Origin: the human T2T-CHM13v2.0 reference genome, Homo sapiens
Reading direction: 5' to 3' (one strand)
Length of the DNA stretch: 64,000 nt
NCBI RefSeq assembly: GCF_009914755.1
Contig: NC_060925.1
The notes under the pieces were generated by a model, which did no database searches, was not told the DNA's origin, and saw only the letters and a program-made list of their open reading frames with translations. The position numbers and the translations under genes were made by a program. Every line of letters starts with the position of its first letter. The stretch's first letter is position 1. This document shows positions 1-13,319 of this stretch, one piece after another.

Positions 1-2351
1 TCTAAAAATAAAATCCCTTACAAAGAATTTCTACATTTTGTTGTATTGGTGGTTAAAGTATGTTTTCTCTTTTTCCAAGGTGAAGTGTAAGGTATCTGTT
101 TCAGTATAACATTAGTATTACATTTTCTGCTACAACCAGCATTGTTAGGGTTTGTTCTATTTAGCACACAAAGTTTTCATTAACTTCTAGGAAGATGAGA
201 AACGAAAGTAAATTATTCTTTCCTTGCTAATTTAATGCTGGTGAGTTTTTCCTTTTAAATGAAATGCAATGATGAGTAATTTCTAATTAATTATTTTGAA
301 AATAGTTTTCCAGAGTAAGAGACACATAGGCCCTTATTATACGTTATGCTAAACAGGACATGACTAATTCATTTTTTTCTCAGTGGCCTTAATTATTTAG
401 TTAATCCTTTCTTCTATTCCTAAACTCACATTAGGAGGCCTACGTATAATGTAGAGGTAGCCCAAAGTGAAACAATGCCATAACTGATGTCCAAATTGTT
501 CTGTACAGGATGGTGGATGTGTTTAGTAATAAATGATATGAAAAGGTCTTTTATTGACAAGCTGCCATGCGCTGTTTGCATTAGCGAATATGAGAAGATG
601 ATGGCTGCTACTCCTTCGTCCCCATGGTATTCAGCTCAGTGAGATAGCAGAAAACGCTTCAGTTTACTTAAAGCATTGATAACACCTCTAAATAATTAAC
701 CGAGGACTTCCTGTCTTCAATTACTTAATGCTTTTTTTAACATCTTGAGAGGATTATAAGCAATTTATGGATTTCACATGATGAGTGCATTCGCCACTAT
801 TCCCACAAAGCATTTACGGGATCATGTTTCTAAAGCTTTGAGGTAATTAAAAATAAGCATGGAGACAATGGGGCCGAGGCAAGGTGCTCCCTTTCCCTCC
901 TGTCATTCCTAAGGACCTAGATTTTCAGGCTCCAGGACGACTAGTGCTACAGCTTTATTAGTGCTGTGTTGCTTAGGGAATGCCAAGCTTTTGGAAATGA
1001 TGAGAAAATCAAAACATTTATCCTAGGGGGTTCAGGCAGCATTTCCATCAAACATTTAAGATGGAACAGAAAATAAATTTGATTATTTTAGTTCATTCCA
1101 TGAACTCAATAAAACAGTCATTCACACCATAAAATACTTCAGTACTACATTTGGTCAGTCAGCTAACCGTGGAACTGAATTTTCCTGGGCAAATGAGTAA
1201 CATTATATAGATCTCAAGTTTCCGATTATCTAATGCCTAGCACCATTCCTGTCCCCAAAGAACTACATATAGGAGGCTCTGTACTTGGTAAGGTTTTGCT
1301 GAATGAGGACTTATTTCTTTATTCTACAAAGAAACCCCTCTTTAGGGCTGTATTGGGCAAGTGAAATACTCTCTAAATCTATTTAAAACAATATCCATAG
1401 AAATTAAAACAAATCAAAAGTAGAACAGGGAGATTGGTCAAAGGACTCCTAAAGGCTTTTACCAGATTATGATTTTTTACTGTTAAGTAAAAATTAAAAT
1501 TATATTAAAAAACCTTAAAATATTTATGCTAATAATAGGATTTCTGGCACCAAGATACATGTATGAAATCTACTCTGACATAAAAATAGCCATTAAAAAT
1601 GTCAATGAAAGGAAGAACTGGTAGGGTGAAGTTATTTAGAGAAAAATCTTTGCAATTATTTTATAATTAATGAGGCTATCAATCCTGTTGGTTTGAACAT
1701 TACAATTGAATTTGGTCTGTTGGTGTATAAATGCTGATTTCTAAAAAATGCAAACCAATAAAGTAGCAACAATTCGAAGCTGATGCTGGTTAAGTTGATA
1801 GATACTACAAGAAGAAATTTCTTTAGCCTTATATCACAATTATTGTGAAACCTTTGCTGGTACAGTCTTAATGTGCCTAAACTTGCTTTTCAAAACCCTG
1901 TAATTAACATCCCATTGCTTACTCCAAGTGACTCATTTGATTTTTCACCACTGCATCCTGTATAGAGCTCTGTTTTCAGTTATTTCTTTTCTTGTCAGTC
2001 TTCCCTGTACGTGAGAGGATCTTAAGAGCAGCAGTCTTATTTTAGACCACTTAGTGTACTATCTGGAAAACTGCAAGCTGGCAATTCATTTTTGGGAGAA
2101 CGAAATGATATTCTGATTTCCTTTCAGATACAGGCAGTGAATGCCTTGGATACGCTGAGTAGGTTGGCTTTCTTCTTCATCTTTCAGATATGATTATTAA
2201 AAACATCTCTTACAAGGATGTGATGAGAGTCAGAGAAGTCAAAATGCAAACGTTTCTTTAAATGATAAAGCACCACATAGAAGTAAGGTTTTATTATGTA
2301 AAACACCATTATTTCAATCACTTGTGATGATTTCCACTTCAAGTAAAATAA

Positions 2352-2720
<369 letters not shown>

Positions 2721-3129
2721 TGATTTAGCCCAGGATCTTGAGGTAAGGAATACAATGTGCCAGGCCAAGAGTTGTATTAAGCACCTTCTGCAGGTTTACG
2801 GCCCTTTTGGAAAAATACTGGAGATTTTGTCAATGAATGCTTGCTTATGTGTTAGGGAATTGTGGCATTTAAGAGTGAAAAGTGATGAATTTATTTTGCC
2901 ACCCTGTGTAAGTGTAACCTGTGTCCCTTCTTAGGAAAAATCAGTCACATTTTTCCAAGGCCTTTCTGCACTTTTCTGTGAGTTTCATTATCTGTGCTAT
3001 CAACACCCCCTGCAAAAAGTGCAGTCCAATGGAAGGAGGTCATCCACTCAGGAAGTCTTGGAAGGAGGTGGCTGACAATGGGAAAAAAGGGAAAGTTTAT
3101 ACAATCTTGCCCATGGTCTTAGAATTTAA

Positions 3130-3600
3130 ACTTAACAGGGTTGTTTGGGATGATTCAGTAGACTCGAATAATGAACTAAATTACTTAACTTCTCAAAGTA
3201 TTCTTTTCTGTAAAATGAAGGTAGTAATTCACTGTACATCTTAGGTTGGTGATGGAGAATCAAATTGCATAGTGCACTCAAAGTGCTTAGGACAGCGTCT
3301 GGCACATATTAAGTTCCCTTCTTCCCCAAACGTTTATTTAGCTCCTATTAATGTGTTCAGGACTATAAGTGCTAGAGGTACAACACTGAACAAGTAGATA
3401 AGGTTCCTGCTCTCTTGGAGCCTACATTCAAGTGTGGAGAGACATAAAAAGACAAAAAACAAACACTAAAATATCAGGCAGTGAGAGGTCTATGATGGAA
3501 ATAAAACAAAGTGATGTGGTGGTGTGTTAGAGAACCTATTCGAGCAAGTAAGTCAGAAAATGCTTCTCCTCCCTTCAGAAGTGGCATTTAAGCTAAAACC
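3130..3600. mobile_element. MIR fragment (~3130-3310) followed by L2 3' fragment (~3330-3600)
   Basis: MIR core-like tctgtaaaatgaaggta...aaagtgcttag. L2-like cctgctctcttggagcctacattc. Boundaries approximate. Confidence 0.6.
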
Positions 3601-4195
3601 TGTTAATTATTATCATAATCGCTACTAGCAATTATCTAACATATCATTGTACTGTACTAATAGTATATTATTAAGGCTAATGATAATAAACATTATAATA
3701 AATTAAAAAAACACAATTGCTATTAATTAACATTCCTAATAGTAACAAACAGTCACAATGACTCCACTGTCAACTAGTCCTGTGTATTAATTATCCACTT
3801 GATAGACAAATGTTAACCTCTGGCTGATTTTCCCCTGCCTTCCAGTATATTCTTGGCTATCTTAGTCCCATTAACTATGAGTATATCCTTGGGGAATGAA
3901 AATGCATCTTACTGTTTGTTTGAAAAAAAAAGTTAATACTGATGCAAAAACCCTTCACATAATGCATATCAAGGCCAAATATAAATTATTTCTGAAGTTA
4001 TCTGCTGTTGTGGCGTATTGCTGCCAGTGTGGGCTCTTCTATTAGCATGGATAAGTGGGACCTGACCATATGTCAAGAGAACACGTCCTTTCGAAGTGAC
4101 CTCATATATCAAACACACACCCCTGGGATGCTTTGCCCCCCTAACCACAATGACAGACTCCTCCAGTAGGATTTCCTTTTTTTTTGTTTTCTCAC

Positions 4196-4394
4196 CTGTG
4201 ACCGTATGCTGTCTCCTGTCAGTGGTGTCAGTGTGGATGAGACCTTTCCCAACCTGCCTGATCTGGTACTCTTTAATGACGCCGTTTGATTTCTCAGGGA
4301 CACTCCAGCTCAGATGCAGAGCCACTGCACTTAGGGCTGTGATGCTTGGTGGCAGGATGCTCTCCGGAACTCCTTGGGTAGTAGCTGCAACTAC
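4196..4394 (-). CDS. USH2A: Usherin exon 55 (199 nt, phase 0-1): VVAATTQGVPESILPPSITALSAVALHLSWSVPEKSNGVIKEYQIRQ...RRQHTVT(G)
   Basis: gtcttcag|GTAGTT and CAG|gtgaga. ORF 3969-4325. FN3 start. Confidence 0.97.
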
Positions 4395-6394
4395 CTGAAG
4401 ACGTAGGAATTAAGCAGCAATTTATTGTAATAGTGCACTAGCTATCCTGATCAATGAGAATGTCACTTTTGTTTTAAAATGTTGTCTGGCCTGGCATATC
4501 ATTAGCAGGGGCTTGGAGAAGCATTTCCCTTTTTTTTCATTTTTTTCCCTCCCAACCTATTTAAACAATGAAATCTGACCTTGAATATATTACATAAGTC
4601 TCACACTACCATTTATCACAACAGGTTCAACAACAATTTTGACGGCAGAGTGCAGCCCTCAGTGTTTAAACAAGTAAAATCTGGCTGGCAGACTGTCTTA
4701 CTAGAGAACTCTTGATAACTCTCTTCCATATGGCCCATCAGTGTCTTTGCATTTTAACAGCCTGATTTCATACATTTTAAGCACCAGTAAATATGGAGCA
4801 AAAGCCACATCTGAACTTGCTTGCATACAATATGCTTTGAACAGAATAAATGGGCAGACATTTCGGTACTCTTCCCATGATACCTAGGATGACTTTATAG
4901 TGTCTGCACCAACTTTCTAAAGAAAGAAACAAGTCAGAAGAAAAAAATAAATCAATTACTTAGTCAATATTGTCAAAACATAGTTTTGGACAAAAATTGG
5001 CTTCTTTCATAGAATTAACTTTTTTCACTTTGTAAACAATTGCTTTGCATGTAGCAGGCATGAAGTGTGCCTATGCAAAAAGCATGGAATTGTTCTAGGA
5101 CTAATAACTTTTGACTGGGCCAATCAGCTGCCATCTATCTATCTAAATGGTGGCTCACTCAGAAAGGTTTCCAGAAGTCTGTTGAACAAAATGTTGCATT
5201 CTTGCACTGTGGCTGAGCAGTGTGGCTGAATGTTTCATTTGGATGGCTCTTGCACAGTGTGCAAAGATGTTGCTCTTCTAAAGTTTTAAGCATATGAAAA
5301 GAATCAGAGCTACTCTGTGTAAGTTTGTTTCCTCCTGGGCTTCCTCTGTCAAGGCTGGCTTCTATGAAATGTCCCTTTCTTTATTTTACTCCCACATTGT
5401 TTGATTGTTTATTTCCAGTCTTCTTTGTGGGCTTTTCTTTCTTTTTCATTTGGTAGCATTCCCCAGTGCTCATCATCCACAATATTCCATATTTGTTTCT
5501 CTCTATTCTCCTTCCATGTCCATATTTATACTCATTACTTCAACTTCCCATACAGATCTTTCTAGAAACTTCAGTCACCTCTCAATCTGGTTTCTGACCA
5601 GATATTTTCACATAAAGTGCCAAGTACTATCTGCTTCCGCCACCCTGCTATCTGATCCTTCTCTTTAAATATATTTTTTACAAAACTTAACAAAACAGAA
5701 TCCTATTCTTTTACCTTCAACATTTTTCTCTTTTTTAAAAATTTGCTTGCAGAATAGCACCATGATCCACAAATTACTCAAGCAGATATTTGACAATATC
5801 CGTGACTCTTTCCTTTTATTTCTGTAAATATAATTGAGTACCAAGTTTTGTAGATTTTATCCCCCATGTCTGTTGTATCATTCTGTATTCTCGGTTCTGA
5901 CCTCTGCTGCCTAAATTCAGGTCTTCATTATTTCTTGACAAGGCTATAGCAGAAGGCTTGGAACAATTTTGTTTTCCGTGCCAGGCTTTTTTGCCCTTCT
6001 CTTCATTTTTTAAAATCAGACAATTTTTGTTCATATCATATTTAAATAGAAACTTTCTTTAACTGAATAATGATTTGGACATTTTTATAGATTTATAGAT
6101 TACCTAAAATTGGTTGGTGAGGAAAGAATGTGGAAGAAAAGATGGTACTGCTTCAAGATTTCACTTGTTTTTCATTAACACAAGATTGATATTTGGATAA
6201 ATCTCCCTTGAAATGATCTCTCCTTCCAGCCATAGGTATTAGCACTCAGTTAACGTGACACATGAACACGCTACTTAACACCACTTTGAGGAGGGACATT
6301 GTTTTCTTCAATGAAAAAAGCAGTCACAACCTGGATGTTCAGATAATCTTCACACTGAACCCCTTTTCCCAGAGTTTAGGCAAACTCCTCTTAC

Positions 6395-6549
6395 CTTGCT
6401 ACTGGTGGCACAGCCAGCAACCGTGCAAGCTTTCAGCTGATATGAATATTCCTGAAATGGTTGAATTCCCTCTTTATCAGAGAAGCTCAGTGATGTTCCC
6501 CGAAAACGTTCAATTCCATTTCGAAGAAGGATGTAGTAAATAATAGGAC
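6395..6549 (-). CDS. USH2A: Usherin exon 54 (155 nt, phase 1-0): PIIYYILLRNGIERFRGTSLSFSDKEGIQPFQEYSYQLKACTVAGCATSSK
   Basis: cttcttttag|GTCCTA and AAG|gtaaga. ORF 6350-6736. Usherin-type FN3 ACTxAGC motif. Confidence 0.97.
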
Positions 6550-7090
6550 CTAAAAGAAGCAGAAAAATGACTGCATTTGAATGTGATATCATTTTAACTA
6601 TTTGCAAACAACTTACAAATCTTAGTGTTCGGAAGAAATGCAATACTATAGCTTTATTTAATTTTAATTTCCTATTATATTGCTGTCTCAAGCAGTTCCT
6701 AATTATACTATTATGGAGGAGATGGATTCTTGACATAAATGATAAGAGTCATTTATGTTTATTTCCTTTCACTATGAAACAAATTTACTTTCAATATTAA
6801 AACTCTTTCCCCTTCTCTGAATATGCCTTGCTTGTTTTGAAAGCAGCTCAGATATATTCTGGGATTCAAGGAACTTTCATTTCTATTTTTTTACTTATTT
6901 AGGCTAAAAATCTACGAGGACTACACCACAAAGTGAGTGATTAGTTGTCACATAATTACAGTTCCCTTTATCGGAACATACTTTTCTAGTGGTTAGATGC
7001 ATAGGGCAATTAAATGTAGATTGTACTCATTTCAATTTTCTTATGAATTTATGGGATTTTGTTATTTGTATTTTAAAGGTATCTCAATAC

Positions 7091-7288
7091 CATTTGATTG
7101 TATAGGTTTTCTCCAGTTTAAGACAATTGTATCTTCAAGATTGTCTATTTTGGTCCACGTAGGGGGACTCACTCCTTGAGGCACATCTTCTTTTGTTCTG
7201 GCTCTCACAGCTTTGCTGAGTCCTCGCCCATAGCTGTTCCAGGCAGAAATCCTGTACTCATATGTCATGTAGGGCTTGAGGTTCACAT
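7091..7288 (-). CDS. USH2A: Usherin exon 53 (198 nt, phase 1-1): VNLKPYMTYEYRISAWNSYGRG...VLNWRKPIQSN(G)
   Basis: ttctctttccag|ATGTGA and ATG|gtattg. ORF 7062-7286. FN3 motif L-x-P-x2-T-Y. Confidence 0.97.
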
Positions 7289-9895
7289 CTGGAAAGAGAA
7301 AAAATAGACAGGGAAGTTTCTCTTATTTTCATTTTTTAACCATCATATTAAAAGTGAATATCAAAAACTTTAGACATTTAAAAATAAATGTTTAATGCTC
7401 TAAACGCTTTGTATATAAATAAAACTCTAATATCTTTATTTTCTAAATATAAGTAACATTTAAAGTATTTATTAGATGCAGGGATACGGAATTGCACAGA
7501 ATAGAATTCCCTGTTTCTGAGCAGAGAAAGAGGGATATATTAAATAAATGAAAAATAAAAGCACTGGAATCATGTATAATAAGATTTAGTGCTTCACAAA
7601 TTCATGTAGTTTTGATTCCTACATGAGACAGGTTTGGCAACATTCTTTTATAGTTTTAGTATCATAGAACTTATAAATTATTGCTTTCTGTTACTTTGTT
7701 AATATTACTTAAAAAATTTTAAATCATATGGATTATAATGTTGTTACAATATACAGGATTTGAAACTTAGTTTATCATGGTACCATGTTAGTGAATAAAA
7801 ATGAAAGCATACTCTGCTATCTAGTTCCTTCCCTCTTCCACAAAAGCCAGAACTGAAAACCAAAATACAAACCAACCAACTTTATTAAAACAATAAAACC
7901 AAGCCTGCTGAGCTTTCCAAACTGGCAAAAATTGTATTAGATGAACACTCATGTGATTCAGTTGTGTCCCCAAAGTCTTAGTTCCATTTAGGCTTTAATA
8001 ACTTCGGAAATACCAATGCTACACATTTCCCCTGAAAAACTTACTTGAAAGTTTAATTATTTAAATTTATTTTCCATGTCTCTAATTTGATGAATTTTAA
8101 GTAAGTATGTATGTATTTTTGTGTGTTAGCTTCTGGATGACTCTTTCTCAGATTGAGCATCAGAAAAGGAGGCCTTCCTCCTTGGCTGCCTGGCCACCTG
8201 CTCATCTCCATTGGACGTGGAGTTAATTCTCAGTCTCTATGCTTAGATTAATGGAGAGACATTCTCCTTATATACATCTCCTTACAATAAACCCTTCCCT
8301 GCCCACTGTATAGAACTAATATGAAAATACAATGCAATAAATTATGGGGCAGAACTTCATAAAATGCAGATTGCTCTACAAATGTAAAGCATTATCTTCC
8401 TTTTCCATTTTTTTCTGCTCGGGGGTATCTGCCACTTGTTGCCTGTGATGGCAACCATGAGTCCCCAGTTCTCCCTTCCATCCTGGTCAGAGGCCTCCTG
8501 CTTAGAAAACCACATTTGCCAGTTTTCTTTGTAGCTTCTAGTGGTCACATGACTCAGATCTCAATACTTGAAGGAGTATAGAAAGACACTGACAACTTCC
8601 ACATCATTTTATAAAGAGAAAATTGCATACCTTCGGTTGCCATTCTGGATTCTGGATACCTGAATGACCTTGTGCGATTCAGTTGCCTAGACCATCTACC
8701 TACCCTCAGATGGTCAATATGTTTTACATTTCTGCTACAGCAAATTAAACTACTTATTGGTAATGACTGTTATTCTGTATCCTCAAGCCCACATTACCAT
8801 TTCAAATCTCATTTGCTGCTTCCTTCTTTCTTCATATAGGGTTGAAATCTCAATGAAAAATTATTGTTTGTCATCATAGCTGCTAGTCCTAATGTAGTGA
8901 CTAGTTATTAGTAGGTATTTAATAAATAATTTTTGATAAATAAATGATTGCATAAATGAATAAATTTTTGTCAGCACTGGTATTGTCAGCTTTCAAGTGT
9001 AAGTTTCTAAAAGAGTCTGACTTAATCTAAATTGTTCTCAATGGAATTATCATAGCACCACTTGTGTGCTGAACATCTTTCATGAAAAAGAACAGTTTGT
9101 TATTTTTCATATTCAATTTGTAGTATTTTCTGCAGGCAAAGCAATCTGAAATATGGATTTTAAAAGCCCTCATAACATTATATCAGTAGGTGGAAACATC
9201 TATTCACTTCTGGAGAGGGCTATTACAAGTATGTATTAAAAGCCCTTCAAAATCTTGATCTTGATTACAAGGGGCAGATAAAAGTAGAGAACTCTCTTAG
9301 ATGGAAACTCAATAATTTAAAAATGAAAGTCCATGACTTAAATCTATAACTGGGACTGGGAACACAATAGAAGGTTGGACAAATTGTCCTCTATCTGAGG
9401 CCTTTCCTAATTAAATTCATTCCAAGAAATATTTTTTGTTTGTATAGTGTTCTAAATCCAAATAACGAGGCAAAGGTAAACAAAAATGCCCTATTCATAA
9501 GGATGTTTCAATCTAATAGAAGAGCTGGAACAAGTGTCCAAATCCATATGACACATGAGAGAGCTAGTGAGCTTTGTGAACAATGTGCCATAGCAGCACA
9601 GGGACTGCATTGAGGAAAAGAATCTTGACCTAGGCCTTGAGTAGGATGATAAAGGAGGACATTTCAGGTGGAATAACAGCTTGAAGTGCATTTGGAGCAC
9701 TCTGAAAGGAGCTCCTGCACCACGTGGAGTCTTCAAAGTCTGTCCCTTTTGATGATGGCATTATTTGAATATGTTTCTTTCTCATGGCGAGTAACTTTTA
9801 CAGATCTGACCCTCAGTTTCCTCATCTGTTAAATGACCATATTTATATGATTGCTTTGTTGGTAACTGAGATAAGGTTTTAAAGTACCTAGTGTA

Positions 9896-10019
9896 GAGAT
9901 ATACCTAATGTAAATGACAAGTTAATGGGTGCAGCACACCAACATGGCACATGTATACATGTAACAAACCTGCACGTTGTGCACATGTACCCTAGAACTT
10001 AAAGTATAATAAAAAAATT
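9896..10019 (+). mobile_element. Heavily 5'-truncated L1PA (3' UTR only, ~125 bp) inserted in a MIR
   Basis: L1PA 3' end ...gtaccctagaacttaaagtataataaaaaaa. 15-bp TSD aaagtacctagtgta (9881-9895) / aaagtacctagtata (10020-10034). Confidence 0.92.
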
Positions 10020-10283
10020 AAAGTACCTAGTATAACATTGAGACTAAATAATGTTCAATCAACCTTATCTCTGTTCCTTTCTTCCCTTCCTAATCTTCCT
10101 CCTCTTATCTTAGTAGCCTGCCTTACTTTCTGCACTCTTGAGGTTAGCCATTATTGCCCCTTGGTTGAGTAAAGCAGACTGATGATTCATGATGGAATGG
10201 AGCAATGTTTTGCTTGTTTATTAACCTTAGCTTGCTCAAATTATGTCACTTAAATGGATTCTATTGAATCAAGATGATAGATG

Positions 10284-10285
<2 letters not shown>

Positions 10286-10320
<35 letters not shown>
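10286..10320. repeat. (CA)n microsatellite
   Basis: Direct inspection. Confidence 0.95.
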
Positions 10321-10324
<4 letters not shown>

Positions 10325-11020
10325 TGATTTTTCAAAAAACAAGAACACATTTTGTAGGGACTTAAGTAAATGGATGAATAACACAAATTTAATTGATGGC
10401 AGAACTGTTTTAGAGATAATTCTAAACTTAACAGTGTTTCTCACACAGCTCAGCCAAAACTAAGCATAACCATTTTGGACTAATTCAGCAGGGCCAAGAT
10501 GGTACATAGAAATTAATATTTACAATAACTGCAAAGGTTATTCTTTTGGAGATGACCAGCCATCTTGGAGAAATGTCATGCTTGGGTTTACCTCATCCTC
10601 AGAATAGCACTGTTAGGTTTTATTATTAATCAGACAGGTTCATCCTTCTTTCTGCTTAAGAGTATAGCAGTATTCATTCAATGCATTCAGTGGAAGCTGC
10701 ATTGCAGCTTTTGAAAAAGGAAATTGGATTTATTGTAAATTAACTGGATATAGCAGTAAAGGTCACAGATATCTCCACAGATTTACCTTAATATGGAATA
10801 CAACCTTGTTTAAATAGACTTTAACACATTTTAAAGTACTGACTTTGAATACATCCAGATTATGCCTTTAATTACCTTGTAACTAGCTGGCCTCAAAGTA
10901 TGATGGAATGTACTGATATCAGTTTAAGGAGAGTTGATGTCAGAGTGAAATAAATCTGCATTTTCAGCAGCTTCTCACTAACCCCATTAAGCCATGGGCA
11001 GACAGCTTGCTTTCTGTTAC

Positions 11021-11225
11021 CTGTGTAAGAGTACGTGTTTACACTCCCTGTATGAATGGTTTCTTCGGCAGATGAACACATTTCTTCAATTGATGCCTTC
11101 CCTGTGGAATTGTGAGACCCTCTTATCACAGTGCAAATGTGGCTGGTAAAGTTGAAGTCACACCTGCCACAATGTTCTGTGGCTTCCATAGATGCTGGGC
11201 AGAGGATCCTGCACTCTTTGGTTTC
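11021..11225 (-). CDS. USH2A: Usherin exon 52 (205 nt, phase 0-1): ETKECRILCPASMEATEHCGRCDFNF...HTGSVNTYSYT(D)
   Basis: ctctctctcacccctgccacttgactcag|GAAACC and CAG|gtaaca. Lies inside ORF 10893-11471. Confidence 0.97.
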
Positions 11226-11374
11226 CTGAGTCAAGTGGCAGGGGTGAGAGAGAGAGGGGTATTTAAAAATTTCATTTAGACATACATAGGGTAGGCTTTT
11301 GTGACTTTCAAATGAAATTTTTCCTCCACTTACTTGATGAATGAATATTTCAAAATTTATAAAAAGAAATGAAG

Positions 11375-11610
11375 GCAGTTTGTATACTAGGAAGAACAAT
11401 GACTTTGAAATGTCACAAATTGGGATTAAAATTTCAGTTTTGCAGCTTCCCAGCTCTGTAACCTTGAGCAAGTCACTTATGTTTTCAAAACCTCAGCTTC
11501 TTCAGTGGGGAACATGGAGACAAAATTTACTACCAAGGTTTGTTGTGTGACTCAAATCATATAATTTACCACCAAGGTTTGTTGTGTGACTCAAAACTGA
11601 TAAGTCTTTA
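11375..11610. mobile_element. MIR with an internal tandem duplication
   Basis: gtaaccttgagcaagtcactta...cctcagcttcttca core. Confidence 0.7.
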
Positions 11611-12112
11611 AACTTAGTATACACACTACAAATATTTTATTTTTGCTATTTGATACTTTCCTATGGAATTTTAGAGAAAATAAAGAATGTGATATTTGAG
11701 AATTTACACTTCCTGTGTTGTTGGGGAAGTTGGTCCCATTAGAAGTATTACTGATCCAAGTTTTTAAAAATATAAATGTTTCATGAACTGTCATTGTAAT
11801 TATAATTATTTACGCTTATAAACATTTTCTCTGACACATCTCCAGATTTTTTATGGTTTTTGATAAGTACCACTTTGTTTTAATCCAAGGAAATTAAATA
11901 CTTAATCATCCCACACTACAAGAGCTATAAGTAAGGTAATAGTTTTATAATGTGGAGATCTACTTTGCCTTTCCTTTACATAAGTAGCATAATGTATTTA
12001 GAATACTTTTTGCTATTAAAATTGATCTCCATTCAGCCTCTCTCTTACATAAAATAAGTTGAATTATTCTTACCAAGTTGATCAAAATAGTACATTCAAA
12101 AATATATAGTGG

Positions 12113-12355
12113 GTCTGGGCGCAGTGGCTCATGTCTATAATCCCAACACTTTGGGAGGCGGAGGTGGGTGGATCACTTGAGGTCAGGATTTCGAGACCAG
12201 ACCGATCAACATGGCGAAACCCTGTCACTACTAAAAAAACAAAAATTAGCTGGGCTTGGTGGCGCACACCTGTAATCCCAGCTACTTGGCAGGTTGAGGG
12301 AGGAGAATCGCTTGAACCTAGCAGGTAGAGGTTGCAGTGAGCCAAGATGACACTA
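12113..12355 (+). mobile_element. AluS, 3'-truncated, followed by (TA)(TG)(TATC) microsatellite to ~12433
   Basis: ggtctgggcgcagtggctc...gttgcagtgagccaagat. No poly-A tail. Confidence 0.9.
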
Positions 12356-13267
12356 CATAAATAGAATCCCACTATATATATATGTGTGTGTGTGTATGTG
12401 TGTGTATCTATCTATCTATATCTATCTATCTATCCTCTAAAAGCCCAACTAAATGACAGTAAAATACTGGTTTACGTGTTGAAAGTCTAAGAAAAAATGG
12501 AGAAAAATAATACACACAAGACAGTGCATACCTTTTTGGAAGCTGGAAAGTAGATGAATGTGGCAGAGACAATGCAATGTGCTCAGTGATGTCCATGTTT
12601 CCCTTTTCTCTCTGGGAACATGGGATGTTGAAACCTGGCTGCAGTAGGAGAAGCCACCTGACTAGATATGTCTGTGTGACTAGTGCATAGAAAGGATGTA
12701 CTCTATATCCAGGTAGGAACTGTCTGTGTGCAATTGTCCCCTCTTGCGCCTTTTCCATTATGATCCAAGGGCTGCATGAAGCATCACAAGATGTAAGGGG
12801 CTTCGGTTCTAGAGATGTTACTTGGAAGACAACTGCCTAACTCATAATGAATTGTAATGTAAAAAAAAAATTGCTAAGAGAGTAGATCCTAAATGCTCTC
12901 ATCACAAAAATGGAAAACAAAATGCAAAAAGAAACCATCCTAACTTCCACATAGAGGTTCATTGTCATGAAATTTTAGAGGAGCAGGATAAAGAGAACAT
13001 CTTCAAGAGCTTTCATAGGAAAAGAAACATGGTTACCAACAGAGAGATAGGAATCAAAATATTAATGGAAGCTTAAAACATGCAGAAATGCCTCAAAATT
13101 CTGAGTAGACATAATTTTTAACCTGGAATTGTATATCAGACCAAACTATCAATCCTGTTGGAGGGTAAAATAATAGTATTTTTATACATTAAGCTTTTAA
13201 AAAATTTACCCTCCATACATCTATATACAAGAAGATAATTCTCCAAATGGAATGAAACTTGGAATCC

Positions 13268-13319
13268 AAAACAAAACAAAACAAAACAAAACAAAACAAA
13301 ACAAAACAAAACAAAAAAA
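13268..13319. repeat. (AAAAC)n pentanucleotide repeat within old L1M-like sequence
   Basis: About ten uninterrupted units. Confidence 0.93.

Noticed and set aside
10893-11471. 192-aa ORF as a larger exon or separate gene
   Set aside because: Only 11021-11225 is bounded by splice sites and usherin-like. The rest is intron or MIR read-through.
11524-11595. CRISPR-like repeat-spacer array
   Set aside because: Only two copies with a 6-nt gap, in a primate intron, with no cas genes.
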